From the human T2T-CHM13v2.0 reference genome, Homo sapiens: DNA of 64,000 nt. Below the pieces are notes generated by a model, which was not told the origin of the DNA, ran no database searches, and saw nothing but the letters and a program-made list of their open reading frames with translations. The stretch is from assembly GCF_009914755.1 (NCBI RefSeq), contig NC_060937.1; one strand, given 5' to 3'. The position numbers and the translations under genes were made by a program. Shown piece after piece: positions 26,090-41,200 of this stretch. The first letter of the stretch is position 1. Each line of letters begins with the position of its first letter.

Positions 26090-29000
26090 TATTAGGTACA
26101 TAAAATATGAAAGTACATCAAATATAGATTATATACTGTACATTAAGTACCAAAGTACCCCAAATATATATTTTATACTGTACATGAAATATCAAAGTTC
26201 ACAAACTATATATTATATACTGTACATAAAATATCAAAGTACTCAAGGTATATATTCTATACTGTACAAAAAATAACAAAGTACCAAAAGCATGTATTAT
26301 ATACTGTACCTAAAATATGAAATTACATCAAATATATATTTTATTCTGTACATAAAATATCAAAGTACACCAGATATATATTCTATAGTGTACATAAAAT
26401 ATCAAAGTACCCAAACTATTTATTATATACTGTACATAAAATATGAAATTACATCAAATATATATTATATTAGGTACATAAAATATGAAAGTACATCAAA
26501 TATAGATTATATGCTGTACATTAAATACCAAAGTACCCCAAATATATATTTTATACTGTACATGAAATATCAAAGTTCACAAACTATATATTATATACTG
26601 TACATAAAATATCAAAGTACCCAAGGTATATATTCTATACTGTACAAAAAATATCAAAGTACCCAAAGCACGTATTATATACTGTACATAAAATATGAAA
26701 GTACATCATATATATATTTTATTCTGTACATAAAATATCAAAGTACACCAGATATATATTCTATAGTGTACATAAAATATCAAAGTACCCAAACTATACA
26801 TTATATACTGTACATAAAATATGAAATTACATCAAATATATATTAGGTACATAAAATATGAAAGTACATCAAATATAGATTATATACTGTACATAAAATA
26901 ACAATGTACCCCAAATATATATTTTATACTCTACATGAAATATCAAAGTTCACAAACCATATCTTATAAACTGTACATAAAATATCAAAGTACCCAAGGT
27001 ATATATTCTATACTGTACAAAAAATATCAAAGTACCCAAAGCATGTATTATATACTGTACATAAAATATGAAAGTACATCAAATATAGATTTTATTCTGT
27101 ACATAAAATATCAAAGTACACCAGATATATATTCTATAGTGTACATAAAATAACAAAGTACCCAAACTATACATTATATACTGTACATAAAATTTGAAAT
27201 TACATAAAATATATATTATATTAGGTACATAAAATATGAAAGTACATCAAATATAGATTATATACTGTACATTAAATACCAAAGTACCCCAAATATATAT
27301 TTTATACTGTACATGAAATATCAAAGTTCACAAACTATATATTATATACTGTACATGTAATATCAAAGTACCCGAGGTATATATTCTATACTGTACAAAA
27401 AATAACAAAGTACCAAAAGCATGTATTACATACTGTACATAAAATATGAAAGTACATCAAATATAGATTTTATTCTGTACATAAAATATCAAAGTACACC
27501 AGATATATATTCTATAGTGTACATAAAATATGAAAGTACCCAAACTATACATTATATACTGTACATAAAACATGAAATTACATAAAATATATATTATATT
27601 AGGTACATAAAATATGAAAATATATCAAATATAGATTATATACTGTACATTAAATAGCAAAGTACCCCAAATATATATTTTATACTGTACATGAAATATC
27701 AAAGTTCACAAACTATATATTATATACTGTACATGAAATATCAAAGTACCCGAGGTATATATTCTATACTGTACAAAAAATAACAAAGTACCAAAAGCAC
27801 GTATTATATACTGTACCTAAAATATGAAATTACATCAAATATATATGTTATTCTGTACATAAAATATCAAAGTACACCAGATATATATTCTATAGTGTAC
27901 ATAAAATATCAAAGTACGCAAACTATACATTATATACTGTACATAAAATATGAAATTACATCAAATATATATTAGGTACATAAAATATGAAAGTACATCA
28001 AATATAGATTATATACTGTACATAAAATATCAAAGTACCCCAAATATATATTATATACTGTACATGAAATATCAAAGTTCACAAACTATATATTATATAC
28101 TGTACATAAAATATCAAGGTACCCAAAGTATATATTCTATACTGTACAAAAAATATCAAAGTACCCAAAGCATGTATTATATACTGTACATAAAATATGA
28201 AAGTACATCAAATATATATTTTATTCTGTACATAAAATATCAAGGTACACCAGATATATATTCTATAGTGTACATAAAATAGCAAAGTACACAAACTATC
28301 CATTATATACTGTACATAAAATATGAAATTACATCAAATATATATTAGGTACATAAAATATGAAAGTACATCAAATATAGATTATATACTGTACATAAAA
28401 CATCAATGTACCCCAAATATATATTTTATACTGTACATGAAATATCAAAGTTCACAAACCATATATTATATACTGTACATAAAATATCAAAGTACCCAAG
28501 CTATATATTCTATACTGCACAAAAAATATCAAAGTACCCAAAGCATGTATTATATACTGTATATAAAATATGAAAGTACATCAAATATATATTTTATTCT
28601 GTACATAAAATATCAAAGTACACCAGATATATATTCTATAGAGTACATAAAATATCAAAGTACCCAAACTATACATTATATACTGTACATAAAATATGAA
28701 ATTACATCAAATATATATTATATTAGGTACATAAAATATGAAAGTACATCAAATATAGATTACATACTGTACATTAAATACCAAAGTACCCCGAATATAT
28801 ATTTTATACTGTACATGAAATATCAAAGTTCACACACTATATATTATATACTGTACATAAAATATCAAAGTACCCAAGTTATATATTCTATACTGTACAA
28901 AAAATATCAAAGTACCCAAAGCATGTATTATATACTGTACATAAAATAGGAAAGTACATCAAATATATATTTTATTCTGTACATAATGTATCAAAGTACA

Positions 29001-29400
29001 CCAGACATATATTCTATAGAGTACATAAAATATCAAAGTACCCAAACTATACATTATATACTGTACATAAAATATGAAATTACATCAAATATATATTATA
29101 TTAGGTACATAAAATATGAAAGTACATCAAATATAGATTATATACTGTCCATAAAATATCAATGTACCCAAGGTATATATTCTATACTGTACATGAAATA
29201 TCAAAGTTCACAAACTATATATTATATACTGTACATAAAATATCAAAGTACCCAAGGTATATATTGTATACTGTACAAAAGATATCAAAGTACCCAAAGC
29301 ATGTATTATATACTGTACATAAAATTTGAAATTACATCAAATATATATTTTATTCTGTACATAAAATATCAAAGTACACCAGATATATGTTCTATAGTGT
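26090..29400 (+). repeat. Dispersed paralogous block: copy of about 6690-7440 joined to a copy of about 11190-13740
   Basis: ORF offsets 6889/26292 (19403), then 11277/26935, 12292/27950, 12665/28323 and 13328/28986 (all 15658), with shared private variants. Confidence 0.85.
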
Positions 29401-30379
29401 ACATAAAATATCAAAGTACACCAGATATATATTCTATAGTGTGCATAAAATAACAAAGTACACACACTATAAATTATATACTGTACATAAAATATGAAAT
29501 TACATCAAATATATATTAGGTACATAAAATATGAAAGTACATCAAATATAGATTATATACTGTACATAAAATATCAATGTACCCCAAATATATATTTTAT
29601 ACTCTACATGAGATATCAAAGTTCACAAACCATATATAATATACTATACATAAAATATCAAAGTACCCAAGGTATATATTCTATACTGTACAAAAAATAT
29701 CAAAGTACCCAAAGCATGTATTATATACTGTACATAATATATGAAAGTACATCAATTATATATTTTATTCTGTACATAAAATATCAAAGTACACCATATA
29801 TATATTCTATAGTGTACATAAAATAACAAAGTACCCAAACTATGCATTATATACTGTACATAAAATATGAAATTACATCAAATATATATTAGGTACATAA
29901 AATATGAAAGTACATCAAATATAGATTATATACTGTACATAAAATATCAAAGTACCCCAAATATATATTATATACTCTACATGAAATATCAAAGTTCACA
30001 AACCATATCTTATATACTGTACATAAAATATCAAAGTACCCAAGGTATATATTCTATACTGTACAAAAAATATCAAACTACCCAAAGCATGTATTATATA
30101 CTGTACATAAAATATGAAATTACATCAAATATATATTAGGTACATAAAATATGAAAGTACATCAAATATAGATTATATACTGTACATAAAATATCAAAGT
30201 ACCCCAAATATATACTATATACTGTACATGAAATATCAAAGTTCACAAACTATATATTATATACTGTACATAAGATATCAAAGTACCCAAGTTATATATT
30301 CTATACTGTACAAAAAATATCAAAGTACCCAAAGCATGTATTATATGCTGTACATAAAATATGAAAGTACATCAAATAT

Positions 30380-33300
30380 ATATTTTATTCTGTACATAAA
30401 TTATCAAAGTACACCAAATATATATTCTATAGTGTACATAAAATATCAAAGTACCCAAACTATGCATTATATACTGTACATAAAATATGAAATTACATCA
30501 AATATATATTAGGTATATAAAATTTGAAAGTACATCAAATATAGATTATATACTGTATATATAATACCAATGTACCCAAATATATATTTTATACTCTACT
30601 TGAAATATCAAAGTTCACAAACCATATATTATATACTGTACATAAAATATCAAAGTACCCAAGGTATATATTCTATACTGTACAAAAAATATCAAAGTAC
30701 CCAAAGCATGTATTATATACTGTACATAAAATATGAAAGTATATCAAATATATATTTTATTCTGTACATAAAATACCAAAGTACACCAGATATATATTCT
30801 ATAGTGTACATAAAATAACAAAGTACACAAACTATAAATTATATACTGTACATAAAATATGAAATTACATCAAATATATATTAGGTACATAAAATATGAA
30901 AGTACATCAAATATAGATTATACACTGTACATAAAATATCAATGTACCCCAAATATATATTTTATACTCTACATGAAATATCAAAGTTCACACACCATAT
31001 ATTATATACTATACATAAAATATCAAAGTACCCAAGGTATATATTCTATACTGTACAAAAAATATCAAAGTACCCAAAGCATGTATTATATACTGTACAT
31101 AAAATATGAAAGTACATCAATTATATATTTTATTCTGTACATAAAATATCAAAGTACACCAGATATATATACTATAGTGTACATAAAATATCAAAGTACC
31201 CAAACTATGCATTACATACTGTACATAAAATGTGAAATTACATCAAATATATATTAGGTACATAAAATATGAAAGTACATCAAATATAGATTATATACTG
31301 TACATAAAATATCAAAGTAACCCAAATATATTTTATATACTCTACATGAAATACCAAAGTTCACACACTATATATTATATACTGTACATAAAATATCAAA
31401 GTACCCAAGGTATATATTCTATACTGTACAAAAAATATCAAAGAACCCAAACCATGTATTATATACTGTACATAAAATATGAAATTACATCAAATATATA
31501 TTTTATTCTGTACATAAAATATCAAAGTACACGAGATATATATTCTATAGTGTACATAAAATAACAAAGTACACAAACTATACATTATATACTGTACATA
31601 AAATATGAAATTACATCAAATATATATTAGGTACATAAAATATGAAAGTACATCAAATATAGATTATATACTGTACATAAAATATCAATGTACCCCAAAT
31701 ATATATTTTATACTCTACATGAAATATCAAAGTTCACAAACCATATATTATATACTGTACATAATAAATCAAAGTACCCAAGGTATATATTCTATACTGT
31801 ACAAAAAATATCAAAGTACCCAAAGCATGTATTATATACTGTACATAAAATATGAAAGTATATCAAATATGTATTTTATTCTGTACATAGAATATCAAAG
31901 TACACCAGATATATATTCTATAGTGTACATAAAATAACAAAGTACACAAACTATACATTATATACTGTACATAAAATATGAAATAACATCAAATATATAT
32001 TAGGTACATAAAATATGAAAGTACATCAAATATAGGTTATATACTGTACATAAAATATCAATGTACCCCAAATATATATTTTATACTCTACTTGAAATAT
32101 CAGAGTTCACAAACCATATATTATATACTGTACATAAAATATCAAAGTAGCCAAGGTATATATTCTATATTGTACAAAAAATATCAAAGTACCCAAGCAT
32201 GTATTATATACTGTATATAAAATATGAAAGTACATCAAATATATATTTTATTCTGTACGTAAAATATCAAAGTACACCAGATATATATTCTATAGTGTAC
32301 ATAAAATAACAAAGTACACAAACTATAAATTATATGCTGTACATAAAATATGAAATTACATCAAATATATATTAGGTACATAAAATATGAAAGTACATCA
32401 AATATAGATTATATACTGTACAAAAAATATCAATGTACGCCAAATGTATATTTTATACTCTACATGAAATATCAAAGTTCACAAACCATATATTATATAC
32501 TGTACATAAAATATCAAAGTACAAAAGGTATATATTCTATACTGTAGAAAAAATAAAGTACCCATAGCATGTATTATATACTGTACATAAAATATGAAAG
32601 TACATCAAATATATATTTTATTCTGTACATAAAATATCAAAGTACACCAGATATATATTCTATAGTGTACATAAAATATCAAAGTACCCAAACTACAAAT
32701 TATATACTTTACATAAAATATGAAATTACATCAAATATATATTAGGTACGTAAAATATGAATGTACATCAAATATAGATTATATACTGTACATAAAATAT
32801 CAAAGTACCCCAAATATATATTATATACTGTACATGAAATATCAAACTTCACAAACTATATATTATATACTGTACATAAAATATCAAAGTACCCAAGGTA
32901 TATATTCTATACTGTACAAAAAATATCAAAGTACCCAAAGCATGTATTATATACTGCATATAAAATATGAAAGTACATCAAATATATATTTTATTCTGTA
33001 CATAAAATATCAAAGTACACCAGATATATATTCTGTAGTGTACATAAAATATCAAAGTACACAAACTATACATTATATACTGTACATGAAATATGAAATT
33101 TCATCAAATATATATTAGGTACATAAAATATGAAAGTACATCAAATATAGATTATATACTGTACATAAAATATCAAAGTACCCCAAATATATATTATATA
33201 CTCTACATGAAATATCAAAGTTCACAAACTATATATTATATACTGTACATAAAATATCAAAGTACCCAAGGTATATATTCTATATTGTACAAAAAATATC

Positions 33301-36300
33301 AAAGTACCCAAACATCTATTATATACTGTATATAAAATATGAAAGTACATTAAATATATATTTTATTCTGTAAATAAAATATCAAAGTACTCCAGATATA
33401 TATTCTATAGTGTACATAAAATATCAAAGTACCCAAACTATATATTATATACTGTGCATAAAATATGAAATTACATCAAATATATATTAGGTACATAAAA
33501 TATGAAAGTACATCAAACATAGATTATATACTGTACATAAAATATCAAAGTACCCCAAATATATATTATATACTCTACATGAAATATCAAAGTTCACAAA
33601 CTATATATTATATACTGTACATAAAATATCAAAGTACCCAGGGTATATATTCTACACTGTACAAAAAATATCAAAGTACCCAAAGCATGTATTATATACT
33701 GTACATAAAATATGAAAGTACATCAAATATATATTTTATTCTGTACATAAAATATCAAAGTACACCAGATATATATTCTGTAGTGTACATAAAATATCAA
33801 AGTACACAAACTATACATTATATACTGTACATGAAATATGAAATTTCATCAAATATATATTAGGTACATAAAATATGAAAGTACATCAAATATAGATTAT
33901 ATACTGTACATAAAATATCAAAGTACCCCAAATATATATTATATACTCTACATGAAATATCAAAGTTCACAAACTATATATTATATACTGTACATAAAAT
34001 ATCAAAGTACCCAAGGTATATATTCTATATTGTACAAAAAATATCAAAGTACCCAAACATCTATTATATACTGTATATAAAATATGAAAGTACATTAAAT
34101 ATATATTTTATTCTGTACATAAAATATCAAAGTACTCCAGATATATATTCTATAGTGTACATAAAATATCAAAGTACCCAAACTATATATTATATACTGT
34201 GCATAAAATATGAAATTACATCAAATATATATTAGGTACATAAAATATGAAAGTACATCAAACATAGATTATATACTGTACATAAAATATCAAAGTACCC
34301 GAAATATATATTATATACTGTACATGAAATATCAAAGTTCACAAACTATATATTATATACTGTACATAAAATATCAAAGTACCCAGGGTATATATTCTAC
34401 ACTGTACAAAAAATATCAAAGTACCCAAAGCATGTATTATATACTGTACATAAAATATGAAAGTACATCAAATATATATTTTATTCTGTACATAAAATAT
34501 CAAAGTACACCAGATATATATTCTATAGTGTACATAAAATAACAAAGTACACAAACTATAAATTATATACTGTACATAAAATATGAAATGACATCAAATA
34601 TATATTAGGTACATAAAATATGAAAGTACATCAAACATAGATTATATACGGTACATAAAATATCAATGTACCCCAAATATATATTATAAACTCTACATGA
34701 AATATCAAAGTTCACAAACCATATATTATATACTGTACATAAAATATCAAAGTAGCCAAGGTATATATTCTATATTGTACAAAAAATATCAAAGTACCGA
34801 TAGCATGTATTATATACTGTACATAAAATATGAAAGTACATCAAATATATATTTTATTCTGTACATAAAATATCAAAGTACACCAGATATATATTCTATA
34901 GGGTACATAAAATATCAAAGTACCCAAACAATAAATTATATACTTTACATAAAATATGAAATTACATCAAATATATATTAGGTACATAAAATATGAAAGT
35001 ACATCAAATATAGATTATATACTGTACATAAAATATCAATGTACCCCAAATTTATATTTTATACTCTACATGAAATATCAAAGTTCACAAACCATATATT
35101 ATATACTGTACATAAAATATCAAAGTACCCAAGGTATATATTCTATTCTGTACAAAAAGTATCAAAGTACCCAAAGCATGTAATATATACTGTACATAAA
35201 ATATGAAAGTACATCAAATATATATTTTATTCTGTACATAAAATATCAAAGTACACCAGATATATATTCTATAGTGTACATAAAATATCAAAGTACCCAA
35301 ACTATACATTATATACTGTACATAAAATATGAAATTTCATCAAATATATATTAGGTACATAAAATATGAAAGTACATCAAATATAGATTATATACTGTAC
35401 ATAAAATATCAAAGTACCCCAAATATATATTATATACTGTACATGAAATATCAAAGTTCACAAAATATATATTATATACTGTACATAAAATATCAAAGTA
35501 CCCAAGGTATATATTCTATCCTGTACAAAAAATATCAAAGTACCCAAGTATGTATTATATACTGTATATAAAATATGAAAGTACATCAAATATATATTTT
35601 ATTCTGTACATAAAATATCAAAGTACACCAGATATATATTCTATAGTGTACATAAAATAACAAAGTACACAAACTATAAATTATATGCTGTACATAAAAT
35701 ATGAAATTACATCAAATATATATTAGGTACATAAAATATGAAAGTACATCAAATATAGATTATATACTGTACAAAAAATATCAATGTACCCCAAATATAT
35801 ATTTTATACTCTACATGAAATATCAAAGTTCACAAACCATATATTATATACTGTACATAAAATATCAAAGTACAAAAGGTATATATTCTATACTGTAGAA
35901 AAAATAACAAAGTACCCATAGCATGTATTATATACTGTACATAAAATATGAAAGTACATCAAATATATATTTTATTCTGTACATAAAATATCAAAGTACA
36001 CCAGATATATATTCTATAGTGTACATAAAATATCAAAGTACCCAAACTACAAATTATATACTTTACATAAAATATGAAATTACATCAAATATATATTAGG
36101 TACGTAAAATATGAATGTACATCAAATATAGATTATATACTGTACATAAAATATCAAAGTACCCCAAATATATATTATATACTGTACATGAAATATCAAA
36201 CTTCACAAACTATATATTATATACTGTACATAAAATATCAAAGTACCCAAGGTATATATTCTATACTGTACAAAAAATATCAAAGTACCCAAAGCATGTA

Positions 36301-38000
36301 TTATATACTGTACCTAAAATATGAAAGTACATCAAATATATATTTTATTCTGTACATAAAATATCAAAGTACACCAGATATATATTCTATAGTGTACATA
36401 AAATATCAAAGTACCCAAACTATACATTATATACTGTACATAAAATATGAAATTACATCAAATATATATTATATTAGGTACATAAAATATGAAAGTACAT
36501 CAAATATAGATTATATACTGTACATAAAATATCAAAGTACCCAAATATATATTATATACTCTACATGAAATATCAAAGTTCACACACTATATATTATATA
36601 CTGTACATAAAATATCAAAGTACCCAAGGTATATATTCTATACTGTACAAAAAATATCAAAGTACCCAAAGCATGTATTATATACTGTATATAAAATATG
36701 AAAGTACATCAAATATATATTTTATTCTGTACATAAAATATCAAAGTACACCAGATATATATTCTATAGTGTACATAAAATAACAAAGTACACAAACTAT
36801 AAATTATATACTGTACATAAAATATGAAATTACATCAAATATATATTAGGTACCTAAAATATGAAAGTACATCAAATATAGATTATATACTGTATATAAA
36901 ATATCAATGTTCCCTAAATATATATTTTATACTCGACATGAAATATCAAAGTTCACAAACCATATATTATATACTGTACATAAAATATCAAAGTACCCAA
37001 GGTATATATTCTATACTGTACAAAAAATATCAAAGTACCCAAAGCATGTATTATATACTGTACATAAAATATGAAAGTACATCAAATATATATTTTATTC
37101 TGTACATAAAACATCTAAGTACACCAGATATATATTCTATAGTGTACATAAAATATCAAAGTACCCAAACTATACATTATATACTGTACATAAAATATGA
37201 AATTACATCAAATATATATTAAATTAGGTACATAAAATATGAAAGTACATCAAATATAGATTATATACTGTACATTAAATACCCAAGTACCCCAAATATA
37301 TATTTTATACTGTACATGAAATATCAAATTTCACAAACTATATATTATATACTGTACATAAAATATCAAAGTACCCAAGGTATATATTCTATACTGTACA
37401 AAAAATATCAAAGTACCCAAAGCATGTATTATAAACTGTACATAAAATATGAAAGTACATCAACTATATATTTTATTCTGTACATAAAATATCAAAGTAC
37501 ACCAGATATATATTCTATAGTGTACATAAAATATCAAAGTACCCAAACTATACATTATATACTGTACATAAAATATGAAATTACATCAAATATATATTAT
37601 ATTAGGTACATAAAATATGAAAGCACATCAAATATAGATTATATACTGTACATAAAATATCAAAGTACCCAAATATATATTATATACTCTACAGGAAATA
37701 TCAAAGTTCACACACTATATATTATACACTGTACATAAAATATCAAAGTACCCTAGGTATATATTCTATACTGTACAAAAAATATCAAAGTACCCAAAGC
37801 ATGTATTATATACTGTATGTAAAATATGAAATTACATCAAATATATATTTTATTCTGTACATAAAATATCAAAGTACACCAGATATATATTCTATAGTGT
37901 ACATAAAATAACAAAGTACACAAACTATAAATCATATACTGTACATAAAATATGAAATTACATCAAATATATATTAGGTACATAAAATATGAAAGTACAT
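30380..38000 (+). repeat. 7093-bp duplication, copy 1 (carries an extra internal 745-bp duplication at about 33000-34490)
   Basis: ORF offsets are 7838 before the internal duplication (30570/38408, 32350/40188) and 7093 after it (34210/41303, 37316/44409). ORFs 33093/33838 and 33465/34210 are 745 apart. Confidence 0.9.
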
Positions 38001-38219
38001 CAAATATAGGTTATATACTGTACATAAAATATCAATGTACCCCAAATATATATTTTATACTCTACATGAAATATCAAAGTTCACAAACCATATATTATAT
38101 ACTGTACATAAAATATCAAAGTACCCAAGGTATATATTCTATACTGTACAAAAAATATCAAAGTACCCAAAGCATGTATTATATACTGTACATAAAATAT
38201 GAAAGTACATCAATTATAT

Positions 38220-41200
38220 ATTTTATTCTGTACATAAATTATCAAAGTAAAACAGATATATATTCTATAGTGTACATAAAATATCAAAGTACCCAAACTA
38301 TGCATTATATACTGTACATAAAATATGAAATTACATCAAATATATATTAGGTATATAAAATATGAAAGTACATCAAATATAGATTATATACTGTATATAT
38401 AATACCAATGTACCCAAATATATATTTTATACTCTACTTGAAATATCAAAGTTCACAAACCATATATTATATACTGTACATAAAATATCAAAGTACCCAA
38501 GGTATATATTCTATACTGTACAAAAAATATCAAAGTACCCAAAGCATGTATTATATACTGTACATAAAATATGAAAGTATATCAAATATATATTTTATTC
38601 TGTACATAAAATACCAAAGTACACCAGATATATATTCTATAGTGTACATAAAATAACAAAGTACACAAACTATAAATTATATACTGTACATAAAATATGA
38701 AATTACATCAAATATATATTAGGTACATAAAATATGAAAGTACATCAAATATAGATTATACACTGTACATAAAATATCAATGTACCCCAAATATATATTT
38801 TATACTCTACATGAAATATCAAAGTTCACACACCATATATTATATACTATACATAAAATATCAAAGTACCCAAGGTATATATTCTATACTGTACAAAAAA
38901 TATCAAAGTACCCAAAGCATGTATTATATACTGTACATAAAATATGAAAGTACATCAATTATATATTTTATTCTGTACATAAAATATCAAACTACACCAG
39001 ATATATATACTATAGTGTACATAAAATATCAAAGTACCCAAACTATGCATTACATACTGTACATAAAATGTGAAATTACATCAAATATATATTAGGTACA
39101 TAAAATATGAAAGTACATCAAATATAGATTATATACTGTACATAAAATATCAAAGTAACCCAAATATATTTTATATACTCTACATGAAATACCAAAGTTC
39201 ACACACTATATATTATATACTGTACATAAAATATCAAAGTACCCAAGGTATATATTCTATACTGTACAAAAAATATCAAAGAACCCAAACCATGTATTAT
39301 ATACTGTACATAAAATATGAAATTACATCAAATATATATTTTATTCTGTACATAAAATATCAAAGTACACGAGATATATATTCTATAGTGTACATAAAAT
39401 AACAAAGTACACAAACTATACATTATATACTGTACATAAAATATGAAATTACATCAAATATATATTAGGTACATAAAATATGAAAGTACATCAAATATAG
39501 ATTATATACTGTACATAAAATATCAATGTACCCCAAATATATATTTTATACTCTACATGAAATAGCAAAGTTCACAAACCATATATTATATACTGTACAT
39601 AATAAATCAAAGTACCCAAGGTATATATTCTATACTGTACAAAAAATATCAAAGTACCCAAAGCATGTATTATATACTGTACATAAAATATGAAAGTATA
39701 TCAAATATGTATTTTATTCTGTACATAGAATATCAAAGTACACCAGATATATATTCTATAGTGTACATAAAATAACAAAGTACACAAACTATACATTATA
39801 TACTGTACATAAAATATGAAATAACATCAAATATATATTAGGTACATAAAATATGAAAGTACATCAAATATAGGTTATATACTGTACATAAAATATCAAT
39901 GTACCCCAAATATATATTTTATACTCTACTTGAAATATCAGAGTTCACAAACCATATATTATATACTGTACATAAAATATCAAAGTAGCCAAGGTATATA
40001 TTCTATATTGTACAAAAAATATCAAAGTACCCAAGCATGTATTATATACTGTATATAAAATATGAAAGTACATCAAATATATATTTTATTCTGTACGTAA
40101 AATATCAAAGTACACCAGATATATATTCTATAGTGTACATAAAATAACAAAGTACACAAACTATAAATTATATGCTGTACATAAAATATGAAATTACATC
40201 AAATATATATTAGGTACATAAAATATGAAAGTACATCAAATATAGATTATATACTGTACAAAAAATATCAATGTACCCCAAATGTATATTTTATACTCTA
40301 CATGAAATATCAAAGTTCACAAACCATATATTATATACTGTACATAAAATATCAAAGTACAAAAGGTATATATTCTATACTGTAGAAAAAATAAAGTACC
40401 CATAGCATGTATTATATACTGTACATAAAATATGAAAGTACATCAAATATATATTTTATTCTGTACATAAAATATCAAAGTACACCAGATATATATTCTA
40501 TAGTGTACATAAAATATCAAAGTACCCAAACTACAAATTATATACTTTACATAAAATATGAAATTACATCAAATATATATTAGGTACGTAAAATATGAAT
40601 GTACATCAAATATAGATTATATACTGTACATAAAATATCAAAGTACCCCAAATATATATTATATACTGTACATGAAATATCAAACTTCACAAACTATATA
40701 TTATATACTGTACATAAAATATCAAAGTACCCAAGGTATATATTCTATACTGTACAAAAAATATCAAAGTACCCAAAGCATGTATTATATACTGCATATA
40801 AAATATGAAAGTACATCAAATATATATTTTATTCTGTACATAAAATATCAAAGTACACCAGATATATATTCTGTAGTGTACATAAAATATCAAAGTACAC
40901 AAACTATACATTATATACTGTACATGAAATATGAAATTTCATCAAATATATATTAGGTACATAAAATATGAAAGTACATCAAATATAGATTATATACTGT
41001 ACATAAAATATCAAAGTACCCCAAATATATATTATATACTCTACATGAAATATCAAAGTTCACAAACTATATATTATATACTGTACATAAAATATCAAAG
41101 TACCCAAGGTATATATTCTATATTGTACAAAAAATATCAAAGTACCCAAACATCTATTATATACTGTATATAAAATATGAAAGTACATCAAATATATATT

